A stretch of 21,656 nt of DNA from Gemmatimonadota bacterium (GTDB taxonomy: Bacteria > Gemmatimonadota > Gemmatimonadetes > Longimicrobiales > RSA9): contig JBBDRO010000085.1 of the NCBI GenBank assembly GCA_040905425.1, positions 1 to 21,656 on the forward strand, given 5' to 3'. Below, in pieces: positions 1 to 7,161 of this stretch. Made by a program: the position numbers and the translations under genes. The notes beneath the pieces were generated by a model. The model did no database searches, had not been told where the DNA came from, and worked only from the letters and a program-made list of their open reading frames with translations. Every line of letters begins with the position of its first letter. Within the stretch, counting starts at the first letter, position 1.

Positions 1-54
1 GGGTCGGACGGGTCGGACGGGTCGGACGGGTCGGACGGGTCGGACGGGTCGGAC
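1..54 (+). repeat. 9-bp perfect tandem repeat GGGTCGGAC x6 (may extend upstream), encoding (GSD)n
   Basis: Six exact copies read directly at 1-54, in frame with the upstream CDS. Confidence 0.95.
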
Positions 55-594
55 GCGGAGCCTGCCGGGGCGGCCCCGCCCGAGCCGGCAGCTGGGCCGG
101 AGTCCGCAATCGAGCCGGAGCCCGCAGTGGAGCCGGAGCCCGCAGTGGAGCCGGAGGCGCCAGAGGTGCCTGCCGCGAGCGCCGCCGCCGGCGCCGCGGC
201 CATCGGCACCGTGGAGCACGCCCGCACGGCGCTGGACGCCGTGATCGCGGAGCGCGCCGCGCCCTTCGGGCTCACCACCTTCCTCAAGGCCGCCCAGATC
301 ATCGAGGTGGCGGGCGCGCGCATCACCATCGAACTGCCCATGGGCCCCGGCCTCGAGCGCCTGAGCGCCGAGGGCACCGTCCGCGCCGCACTGGAAAAGG
401 TCCTGGGCCAGCGGCTCGGCGGCGCCGTCCGCCTGGAGGTGCGCGCCCTCGGCGGCGGGCCGAGCGAGCACTCCGTGCCGCCGCCGCGCCTCACCCCGGA
501 GCAGGTGCAGCACGATCGCCTGGCCCGCCTGGCGCGCGAGCACCCCACCCTGGGCCAGGCCGTGCAGGCGTGGGACCTGGAGCTGATGGAGTAG
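1..594 (+). CDS. dnaX: 3' part of probable DNA polymerase III subunit gamma/tau (5'-truncated by the window edge)
   Basis: Frame 1 is open from position 1 to TAG 592-594, so the ORF-track GTG at 127 is internal. A Pro/Ala/Glu-rich low-complexity linker is followed by a C-terminal domain ending LTPEQVQHDRLARLAREHPTLGQAVQAWDLELME, resembling DnaX tau C-termini. The AAA+ domain is outside the window. Confidence 0.65.
   Translation, partial: GSDGSDGSDGSDGSDGSDAEPAGAAPPEPAAGPESAIEPEPAVEPEPAVEPEAPEVPAASAAAGAAAIGTVEHARTALDAVIAERAAPFGLTTFLKAAQIIEVAGARITIELPMGPGLERLSAEGTVRAALEKVLGQRLGGAVRLEVRALGGGPSEHSVPPPRLTPEQVQHDRLARLAREHPTLGQAVQAWDLELME
94..156 (+). repeat. 18-bp tandem repeat GAGCCGGAGCCCGCAGTG (~3.5 copies), encoding EPEPAV
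   Basis: Exact copies at 112-129 and 130-147, a degenerate copy at 94-111 and a half copy at 148-156. Confidence 0.85.
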
Positions 595-654
595 GCGGTC
601 GGCCTGTCCCACCCGCCCATTCCCCCGCCCGCCGCAGGCGGGCACCGTGCGGGC

Positions 655-1047
655 ATGCCCACGCCCTCCGGCCGTCCGCCCTTCAGCCACCCGCCGCACG
701 CCTTCGGCCGCCGTGCCGAGGACGCCGCCGCGGCGCACCTGGAAGCGGCCGGCTGGGGTATCGTCGCGCGCAACGTGCGCTGGCGCCGGAAGGAGATCGA
801 CATCGTGGCGCGCCGCGGCGGCGTCGTCGCTTTCGTGGAAGTGAAGGCGCGCGCGGGGGAGGGCTTTGGTGGTCCGCTCGCGGCCATCACGTGGCGGAAG
901 CGGCGCGAGATCGCGCTCGTGGCCCGCTGGTGGATCGCCGAGCACGGCCGGCCGGGCGAGCGCTACAGGTTCGATGCGGTGGCGGTGCATGCGCGGCCGG
1001 ACAGTGGGTTGCTGGTGGAGCACCACCCCGGCGCGTGGCGGCTGTGA
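655..1047 (+). CDS. yraN: YraN family (UPF0102) PD-(D/E)XK-like endonuclease
   Basis: G.RAE..A..HL...GW.IVARN.R....EIDIVARRG..VAFVEVKAR and YRFDAVAV motifs; 130 aa. Confidence 0.92.
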   Translation: MPTPSGRPPFSHPPHAFGRRAEDAAAAHLEAAGWGIVARNVRWRRKEIDIVARRGGVVAFVEVKARAGEGFGGPLAAITWRKRREIALVARWWIAEHGRPGERYRFDAVAVHARPDSGLLVEHHPGAWRL

Positions 1048-1105
1048 GCGCCTGCCACATCGGCACCCGGCCGCATTGCGGCTGTGCCATTCCGAGCTAG
1101 TTTTG

Positions 1106-1121
1106 CGGTACCCGAGTTGCA
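1106..1121 (+). promoter_or_regulatory. Putative sigma54 (-24/-12) promoter for grpE-dnaJ
   Basis: CGGTACCCGAGTTGCA: GG at 1107-1108, exactly 10 nt, GC at 1119-1120 within TTGCA; about 65 nt upstream of the grpE ATG. Confidence 0.6.
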
Positions 1122-1186
1122 CGCTGACACGGCGCGGTCGCCGGGCGGCGCGCCGCTGCCGGACACACAACAGTGAAAGAGCTGGG

Positions 1187-1804
1187 ATGCCCGAAGAGCA
1201 GCGGTCCGGGACGGACCAGGAACAGGACCGGGAAGCGGAGCACGGCGACGCCGCGGAGCACGGCGACGCCGCGGAGCACGGCGACGCCGCCGACGTGGGT
1301 GCCGGTGACGCGTCGCTGGACGGCGGCGCCCCCAGCCAGTCCGCCGACGCAGAGGCCGAGCACCTGGCCCTGGAACTCTCCGAGGCCCGGGACAAGCATC
1401 TGCGCCTGGCGGCCGAGTTCGACAACTACCGCAAGCGCGTGATCCGCGAGCGCGAGGAGGCGCACACGCGCGCCCAGGCCGAGGTGATCGGCAAGCTCGT
1501 GGACGTGCTGGATGACCTGGACCGCGTGGCGCACTTCAGTGAGGAGACGGCCTCGGCCGCGCTGCTGGAGGGCTTCCAGCTGGTGGAGCGGAAGCTCCAC
1601 GCCTCACTCAGCGCGCTCGGCATGGAGCCCATCGACGCTGCCGGCAAGCCCTTCGATCCCGAGCGCATGGAGGCGCTGGCCACGGTGCCGGCGGAGGACC
1701 CGGCGGAGGATGACCACGTGGCCGACGTGTTTCAGAAGGGCTACACCTTCCGCGGTATGCTGGTGCGGCCCGCCCGCGTCCGCGTGAAGCAGTACGAGAG
1801 CTGA
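1187..1804 (+). CDS. grpE: Nucleotide exchange factor GrpE
   Basis: LRLAAEFDNYRKR, LDDLDR, GKPFDP, VFQKGY...LVRPARVRV motifs. Start taken as ATG 1187; the ORF-track start at 866 overlaps yraN. Confidence 0.95.
   Translation: MPEEQRSGTDQEQDREAEHGDAAEHGDAAEHGDAADVGAGDASLDGGAPSQSADAEAEHLALELSEARDKHLRLAAEFDNYRKRVIREREEAHTRAQAEVIGKLVDVLDDLDRVAHFSEETASAALLEGFQLVERKLHASLSALGMEPIDAAGKPFDPERMEALATVPAEDPAEDDHVADVFQKGYTFRGMLVRPARVRVKQYES
1235..1288 (+). repeat. 18-bp perfect tandem repeat GCGGAGCACGGCGACGCC x3, encoding (AEHGDA)3 in the GrpE N-terminal tail
   Basis: Exact copies at 1235-1252, 1253-1270 and 1271-1288. Confidence 0.95.
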
Positions 1805-1809
1805 GCCCC

Positions 1810-2991
1810 ATGGCCACGCGCGGCACCAAGGACTACTACCAGATCCTCGGCGTGGGTGAGGGCGCCGACGCCGCCGACATCAAGAAGGCCTACCGGCGCC
1901 TGGCCAAGGAGAACCACCCCGACGCCAACGCCGGTGACCCCAGCGCCGCCGATCGCTTCAAGGAGGTCGGCGAGGCCTACTCGGTGCTCTCCGACGCGGC
2001 CAAGCGCAAGCAGTACGATCAGATGCGGAAGTACGGGGCCATGGGCGGCTTCGGCTTCGGCGGCGCGCCGGGCGGCCGCTCGGGGACGGGCTTCAGCGGC
2101 GGCTTCAGCACGGGCTTCGGCAGCCCTACCTCCGGCCCCGGCGGTGAGCAGCGCTTCACCTTCGAGGACCTGGGGGACCTGGGCGGGCTGGGGGACATCT
2201 TCAGCTCCATCTTCAACCGCGGCGGCAAGCGGGAGAAGGGCGCCCCGGGCGCGGCGGGCCAGGCACGCGGGCGCGGTCGCGACGTGGAGTACATGGTGGA
2301 GATCCCCTTCACCACGGCGGCGCGCGGTGGCAAGATCACCATCAACGTTCCCATGACGGACGACTGCGCCACCTGCACCGGCACCGGCAGCAAGCCCGGC
2401 TCCAAGCCGCGCCCGTGCCCCGAGTGCAGCGGCACGGGCACCATCTCCTTCGGCAAGGGCGGCTTCGCGGTGAACCGGCCGTGCCCGGCGTGCCTGGGCC
2501 GCGGCGAGGTGCCCACCGACCCGTGCACCGTGTGCGGCGGCAGCGGCCAGGTGCGCGAGAACCGGCAGATTGCCCTCACCGTGCCGGCGGGCGTGGACAA
2601 CGGCTCCAAGCTCCGCCTCTCGGGGCAGGGGGAGAAGGGCGCGGGGGGCGCCGCCGCCGGCGACCTGCTCGTCACCTTCAAGGTGAAGCCGCACCATTTC
2701 TTCCGCCGCGAGGGGCTGGACATCCACTGCACCATCCCCATCAACTTCGCGCAGGCCACGCTCGGCTCGAAGGTGCGCGTCAAGACCGTGGACGGCCGCA
2801 AGGTGGCGCTCCGCATCCCCACCGGCACCCAGTCCGGCACACGCTTCCGCGTGGCCGGCCAGGGCATCGAGAAGGCGGGCCGCCGCGGCGATCAGTACGT
2901 GCAGGTGAAGGTGCAGGTCCCCGAGCAGCTCTCGGAGGAAGAGGAACGGCGGATGCGCGACTTCGCTGCGGCCGCCGGCATGAAGCACTAG
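1810..2991 (+). CDS. dnaJ: Chaperone DnaJ (class A)
   Basis: KDYY..LGV J-domain with HPD, G/F-rich region, four CxxCxGxG repeats (CATCTGTG, CPECSGTG, CPACLGRG, CTVCGGSG) and C-terminal domains. Confidence 0.97.
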   Translation: MATRGTKDYYQILGVGEGADAADIKKAYRRLAKENHPDANAGDPSAADRFKEVGEAYSVLSDAAKRKQYDQMRKYGAMGGFGFGGAPGGRSGTGFSGGFSTGFGSPTSGPGGEQRFTFEDLGDLGGLGDIFSSIFNRGGKREKGAPGAAGQARGRGRDVEYMVEIPFTTAARGGKITINVPMTDDCATCTGTGSKPGSKPRPCPECSGTGTISFGKGGFAVNRPCPACLGRGEVPTDPCTVCGGSGQVRENRQIALTVPAGVDNGSKLRLSGQGEKGAGGAAAGDLLVTFKVKPHHFFRREGLDIHCTIPINFAQATLGSKVRVKTVDGRKVALRIPTGTQSGTRFRVAGQGIEKAGRRGDQYVQVKVQVPEQLSEEEERRMRDFAAAAGMKH

Positions 2992-3006
2992 GCGGAGAGA
3001 ATCCAC

Positions 3007-3243
3007 ATGCGGACGTTCCAGGATACGGATTTCCAGATCTGGGAGACCTGGGTCTCCAGCGGCGAGCACGGCTTCTCGGACCGCCACCCGCGCATCCTCT
3101 TCCGCTGTCGCAGCGCCCCCCTGGCCCGCGCCCGCGTGATGGCGCTGGCGGAGGGTGACGAGTCGGATGCCCAGCGGCAGGTCCTGGAGGCGGGCCCGGA
3201 GGACCTCCTTGCCATGTTGGAGAAGGCGCAGCCGGTGAATTAG
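3007..3243 (+). CDS. Small hypothetical protein (78 aa)
   Basis: 15 nt after the dnaJ stop, GGAGAG Shine-Dalgarno, GC3-biased codons and natural-looking composition. Overlaps the convergent mnmA stop region by 4 nt. Confidence 0.8.
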   Translation: MRTFQDTDFQIWETWVSSGEHGFSDRHPRILFRCRSAPLARARVMALAEGDESDAQRQVLEAGPEDLLAMLEKAQPVN

Positions 3244-4355
3244 CGGATGCGCCCGCCGCCGATCAGCTGCTCGTCCCGGTAGAGCGCGCCCGACTGCCCG
3301 GGCGTGACCGCGCGCTGCGGTTGCTCCAGCTCCAGTTCCACCCGCTCCGCGCTTAGGGCCCGCACGCGCGCCGCCACGGGACGTGCGCGGTGGCGCACCT
3401 GGACGCGCAGCCGCTCGCCAGTCTCGGGCGGGGCGGCCAGCCAGTTGAGGTCACCCAGCGTGACCTGGCTCCGCTCCAGCTCCTCGGCCGAGCCCACCAC
3501 CACCTCCTGCCGCTCCGGCCGCACGCCCAGCACGTAGAGCGGCTCGCCGCGGCCGCCGCCCAGCCGGCGGCGCTGGCCCACCGTATAGCGCGCATAGCCT
3601 TCGTGTTCACCCACCACTTTGCCATCCGGGCGCACCAGGGGGCCGGGCACCAGCGCGGCGTGCTCCTCCCCCAGGCGGCCGGCCAGGAAGTCCCCGTAGT
3701 GGCCGGTGGGCACGAAGCAGATCTCCTGGCTCTCCGGCTTGTCGGCCGTGGCCAGCTCCAGCTGCCGCGCGCGCTCGCGGACCTCCTCCTTGGTGAGGTG
3801 CCCCACGGGGAAGCGGAGCGCGGGCAGCACCTCGGCGGGCACGCCCCAAAGGAAGTAGCTCTGGTCCTTGGCGGGGTCGCGGCCGCGCAGCAGGCGCGGC
3901 GGGGCGGACGCCGCCGGTTCCAGGCGCGCGTAGTGGCCGGTAGCAATGGCCTCCGCGCCCATCAGCCGCGCGCGCCGCAGCAGGTCGGGGATCTTCGTGT
4001 TGGAGTTGCAGCGCACGCAGGGATTGGGCGTGCGGCCGGCGGCGTACTCGTGCACGAAGTCGTCGATCACATCCCGCGTGAAGGCCTCCTCCATGTCCAC
4101 CACGTAGTGCGGGATGCCCAGCGTCTGCGCCACGCGGCGCGCGTCCAGGATGCCCTCCAGGCCGCAGCACGTCTTGGAGTTGTTGGCCGTGCCGCTATAG
4201 CAGAAGGTCTTCATGGTAAGCCCCACCACGCGCACGCCCTGCTCGACCAGCAGCGCGGCGGCCACGGAGGAGTCCACACCGCCGGACATGGCCACCACCA
4301 CCAGGGGGGCGTCCGCGTTGCGGTGCTCGGGGGGCTCGAAGGGTTCCAGCGGCAT
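3240..4355 (-). CDS. mnmA: tRNA-specific 2-thiouridylase MnmA
   Basis: AMSGGVDSS PP-loop, GRTPNPCVRCN, ATGHYA, KDQSYFL, KPESQEICF, YTVGQRR, RAVTPGQ; GGAG RBS 7 nt upstream. Confidence 0.97.
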   Translation of the reverse strand: MPLEPFEPPEHRNADAPLVVVAMSGGVDSSVAAALLVEQGVRVVGLTMKTFCYSGTANNSKTCCGLEGILDARRVAQTLGIPHYVVDMEEAFTRDVIDDFVHEYAAGRTPNPCVRCNSNTKIPDLLRRARLMGAEAIATGHYARLEPAASAPPRLLRGRDPAKDQSYFLWGVPAEVLPALRFPVGHLTKEEVRERARQLELATADKPESQEICFVPTGHYGDFLAGRLGEEHAALVPGPLVRPDGKVVGEHEGYARYTVGQRRRLGGGRGEPLYVLGVRPERQEVVVGSAEELERSQVTLGDLNWLAAPPETGERLRVQVRHRARPVAARVRALSAERVELELEQPQRAVTPGQSGALYRDEQLIGGGRIR

Positions 4356-4389
4356 CGTACGGCTCCGGATGAGGGGCGTCCGGGCCCGT

Positions 4390-5553
4390 CTACCCCCGGG
4401 CGGGGGCCGCGATCCGTACGCGACTGGCCACGCGCGCCACCAGCTCGGCCGCGCGGGCCACTTCCTCGGCGGTGGTGACGTGCCCGAAGGAGAGGCGGAT
4501 GGTGGCGGACGCCTCCATGGCGCCGCCCATGGCGCTGAGCACGTGGCTGGGCGCGCTGGCGCCGCTCTGGCAGGCGGAGGCGCCCGAGCAGGCCAGCCCC
4601 TCCAGGTCCAGGCCGATCAGAAAGGCGTCCTGGTCGGCGTCGGGAAAGGTCAGACTGAGCACGTGGGGCAGGCGCGCGGCGGCGCCCTGGCCGTTCACGC
4701 GCACGTCGGGCACGGCGGCGCTGATCTGCTGGCACAGCGTGTCGCGCAGGGCGGCCAGGCGCGCGGCCTCGGCCGCCTGCTCGGCGGCGGCGCGCTCGGC
4801 GGCCGCGGCAAAGCCCACGGCGCCGGCCACGTTCTCCGTGCCGGGGCGGAGCTGGCGCTCCTGGCCGCCGCCGTGGCAGACGGGGTCCACGCGCACGCCG
4901 TCGCGCACGTACAGGGCGCCGATGCCCTTGGGGCCGCCGATCTTGTGCGCGCTCACCGAGAGGAGGTCCACGCTGGCGGCGGCCACGTCCACGGGCACCT
5001 TGCCGAAGGCCTGCACGGCGTCCGTGTGGCAGACCACGCCGGCGGCGCGGCAGCGCTCCGCCACGGCGCCCACGGGCTGCACGGTGCCCACCTCGTTGTT
5101 GCCCCACATGACGCTCACCACCGCCGGCGTGGCAACCAGGGCGTGCTCCACGGCGTCCAGGTCCAGCGTGCCGTGCTCGTCCACGGCCAGCAGCACCACC
5201 TCGGCGCCCTCGCGCCCGGCCTGCTGCACGGCCGCCAGGATGGCCTTGTGCTCCACGGCCGAGCAGACCACGGCGCGGGCGCCGTCCTGCCGCGCGCAGC
5301 GCCAGCGGCCCAGGATGGCAATGTTGTCCGCCTCGGTGCCGCCGCCCGTGAAGACGATCTCCGAGCGCCGGGCGCCGAGCGCGGCGGCCACGCGCTCGCG
5401 CGCCTCCTCCAGCGCGCCCCGCGCCTCCCGCCCCCAGCGGTGGGTGCTCGACGGGTTGCCGAAGCGCGCGTCCAGATACGGCGCCATGGCCTCCCGGGCC
5501 TCGGGGCGCAGCGCGGTCGTGGCGGCGTGGTCCATGTAGATGGCTTCCACCAT
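4390..5553 (-). CDS. iscS: PLP-dependent cysteine desulfurase (group I, IscS/NifS/YrvO-like), probable sulfur donor for MnmA
   Basis: DHAATT, GNPSS, FTGGGTEADN, NNEVG, HTDAVQA, SAHK (PLP lysine), GGGQE, RPGTEN, SGASAC (catalytic Cys); directly upstream of mnmA on the same strand. Confidence 0.92.
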   Translation of the reverse strand: MVEAIYMDHAATTALRPEAREAMAPYLDARFGNPSSTHRWGREARGALEEARERVAAALGARRSEIVFTGGGTEADNIAILGRWRCARQDGARAVVCSAVEHKAILAAVQQAGREGAEVVLLAVDEHGTLDLDAVEHALVATPAVVSVMWGNNEVGTVQPVGAVAERCRAAGVVCHTDAVQAFGKVPVDVAAASVDLLSVSAHKIGGPKGIGALYVRDGVRVDPVCHGGGQERQLRPGTENVAGAVGFAAAAERAAAEQAAEAARLAALRDTLCQQISAAVPDVRVNGQGAAARLPHVLSLTFPDADQDAFLIGLDLEGLACSGASACQSGASAPSHVLSAMGGAMEASATIRLSFGHVTTAEEVARAAELVARVASRVRIAAPARG

Positions 5554-5587
5554 CCGTCTCCGTGGTCTGTGATGTTCGGGATGCGCC

Positions 5588-5617
5588 TTGGCATGGGCCG
5601 CCGGCGCCTCTAACTTA
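5588..5617. promoter_or_regulatory. Sigma70-type promoter TTGGCA-N17-TAACTT (+ strand); its -10 box also reads TAAGTT on the - strand
   Basis: -35 at 5588-5593, -10 at 5611-5616, and ATG 5623 follows after 6 nt with no Shine-Dalgarno. It is an AT-rich island in the divergent iscS/HIRAN spacer. Confidence 0.65.
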
Positions 5618-5622
5618 TTTCC

Positions 5623-5964
5623 ATGGCGTTACGCGCACCACCGCCGCTGCCGCCGCGCCGGCCCCGACACTTCCGCGCCACCGTGCACGGTACGGTCTTC
5701 GGCGGGCGCACCGAGTGCGTGGCCCACGTGCAGCCCGGCGATGAGCTGCTGCTGCTCCCCAACGCCCCCCACGAGGACGAGCCCAGCGTCTGGGTGCACG
5801 CCCACGGCGGCGACGTGCTCGGCCACCTGCCGCCGGAGATCGAGGCGTGGCTCTCCCCCTGGCTGCTGCGCGGTGGCCGGGCGCAGGCCCGCGCGGTGCG
5901 CGTTCTGGGTCCCGAGGCACCCAGCTGGAACCGGCTCGTGCTCGAGGTGACCTGCAGCGCCTGA
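5623..5964 (+). CDS. Stand-alone HIRAN domain protein
   Basis: F.ATVHGT.F..R......QPGDELLL.P.....D..SVWV...GG.VLGHLPP....WLSPWLL.G pattern matches HIRAN domain architecture; 113 aa. Confidence 0.8.
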   Translation: MALRAPPPLPPRRPRHFRATVHGTVFGGRTECVAHVQPGDELLLLPNAPHEDEPSVWVHAHGGDVLGHLPPEIEAWLSPWLLRGGRAQARAVRVLGPEAPSWNRLVLEVTCSA

Positions 5965-6381
5965 GGAAGCCGGCGAGCCAGGCGCGCCACGTGGGGCGTC
6001 AGCGCCACACCATCCCGCGTTTCCTGGGACACACCCGCCCCGATCGGCCGCTCCACCCGCTCAACGCTCCGCGCTCCAAGTCCAATCCCTGTAGTGCTTT
6101 GCCTCCACCGACCGGCCGGTGGCCCGGCCCGGTGCGCGCCTTGCTCCCTGCTGCGGACGGCCGTCATTCCGCCACACTCGAGGCCCACCGCAGGATCGGT
6201 TCTCGCTGCCGCGTCGCCGCGTTCCGCACGCCTTCGGAAGTCTTCACGGCTGCGGGGGCGCGGCAGCCCCCCCTCCCATGACCACCTGCCCGGCTGCGCG
6301 GCATAGCGGAGCGGCAGCACCAGCGGATCCGAGCGGAAGGCGGTCGGTCGCCGGTCGCGCGGCCGGCCGCCCGGCGGGCGG

Positions 6382-7098
6382 CTAGAAGCTGTCCACGCCG
6401 AGCGCCACGGGATCCTCCACCAGCATGGTCTCGCGCGTCCAGTAGGGCTCGCCGTAGCGCCGGCGGATGAGCGAGCCGTAGTGGGCGTGGTGGGCCAGCA
6501 GCTGCTCGCGCAGCGGGCGGTCCCCGGCGCCGAAGACGTCCCCCATGGCGCTCCGCCCGCCGAACTGGCTGCCGTAGGCAAAGACGGCCTCCAGCTTCCG
6601 CTCCATCTGCTCGCTCACGTCCACCACGAAGGTGGGCCGCGGCGCGTCCTCCTGGTAGGCCAGCGCGTGGGCCACCTTGCGCGGTCGGTGCGGCTCCCCC
6701 TCCACGGGGGCGCGGCGCAGCCCCGCCAGGAAGCAGGCGTCGCGCCCCAGCTCCGCGGCGGCGCGGTGGTCGGGGTGGCGTGCCTCGGGCCAGTGCAGCA
6801 GCACGGTGCGCGGGCGGAGCTCACGGAGTATGGTCGCCACGCGCCAGCGGGCGGCCGGAGTGTTTTCCAGGCTGCCGTCGGGCAGCCCGGCGGTGCGGCG
6901 CTCGGCCAGGCCCAGGATACGGCTGGCCTCGGCGGCCTCCGCCGCCCGCTCGTCCGCCGAGCCGGCGGAGCCGCTCTCGCCGCCGCTCAGGTCCAGCACG
7001 CCGGTGGCGTGGCCCAGGTCGGCGGCGCGCAAGAGGGCGCCGCCGCACAGCAGCTCGGCGTCGTCGGGGTGGGCCACGATGGCCAGGAGATCGATCAT
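6382..7098 (-). CDS. bshB1: PIG-L family deacetylase, bacillithiol biosynthesis BshB1-like
   Basis: AHPDDAELLCGG, GVLDLSGGESG, RHPDH, ACFLAGL, PTFVVDVS, AYGSQF, HYGSLI...YGEP motifs. Confidence 0.85.
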   Translation of the reverse strand: MIDLLAIVAHPDDAELLCGGALLRAADLGHATGVLDLSGGESGSAGSADERAAEAAEASRILGLAERRTAGLPDGSLENTPAARWRVATILRELRPRTVLLHWPEARHPDHRAAAELGRDACFLAGLRRAPVEGEPHRPRKVAHALAYQEDAPRPTFVVDVSEQMERKLEAVFAYGSQFGGRSAMGDVFGAGDRPLREQLLAHHAHYGSLIRRRYGEPYWTRETMLVEDPVALGVDSF

Positions 7099-7104
7099 GC
7101 GGGG

Positions 7105-7110
7105 AGGATA
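7105..7110 (-). promoter_or_regulatory. Putative -10 box TATCCT giving a leaderless bshB1 mRNA
   Basis: The minus strand reads TATCCT-CCCCGC-ATG (6-nt gap) with no Shine-Dalgarno upstream of the ATG. Confidence 0.5.
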
Positions 7111-7161
7111 GGGAGCCGCGCGCGCTGCCGCGAGCCCCGGAGGGCGCGCGGGGACGTCGCC

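Noticed and set aside
1..54. Repeat array as a possible CRISPR or iteron
   Set aside because: The 9-bp units are contiguous, have no spacers and are in frame within a CDS; no cas or rep gene is present.
641..654. GG-N10-GC motif immediately before the yraN ATG
   Set aside because: It lacks the TTGC -12 context and would place the transcription start inside the gene; likely chance in GC-rich DNA.
866..1186. N-terminal extension of GrpE in the ORF track
   Set aside because: It overlaps yraN and the promoter region with an Arg-rich non-protein-like translation; ATG 1187 gives a normal-sized GrpE.
1048..1186. CIRCE/HrcA operator upstream of grpE
   Set aside because: No TTAGCACTC-N9-GAGTGCTAA-like sequence is present.
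5610..6581. 323-aa minus-strand ORF and other ORFs spanning the 5965-6381 gap
   Set aside because: They overlap bshB1 out of frame or HIRAN (antisense or out of frame) and have low-complexity R/G/A/P composition with no motifs. The short DPLVLPLRY resemblance to a MacB C-terminus is too brief to support a pseudogene.
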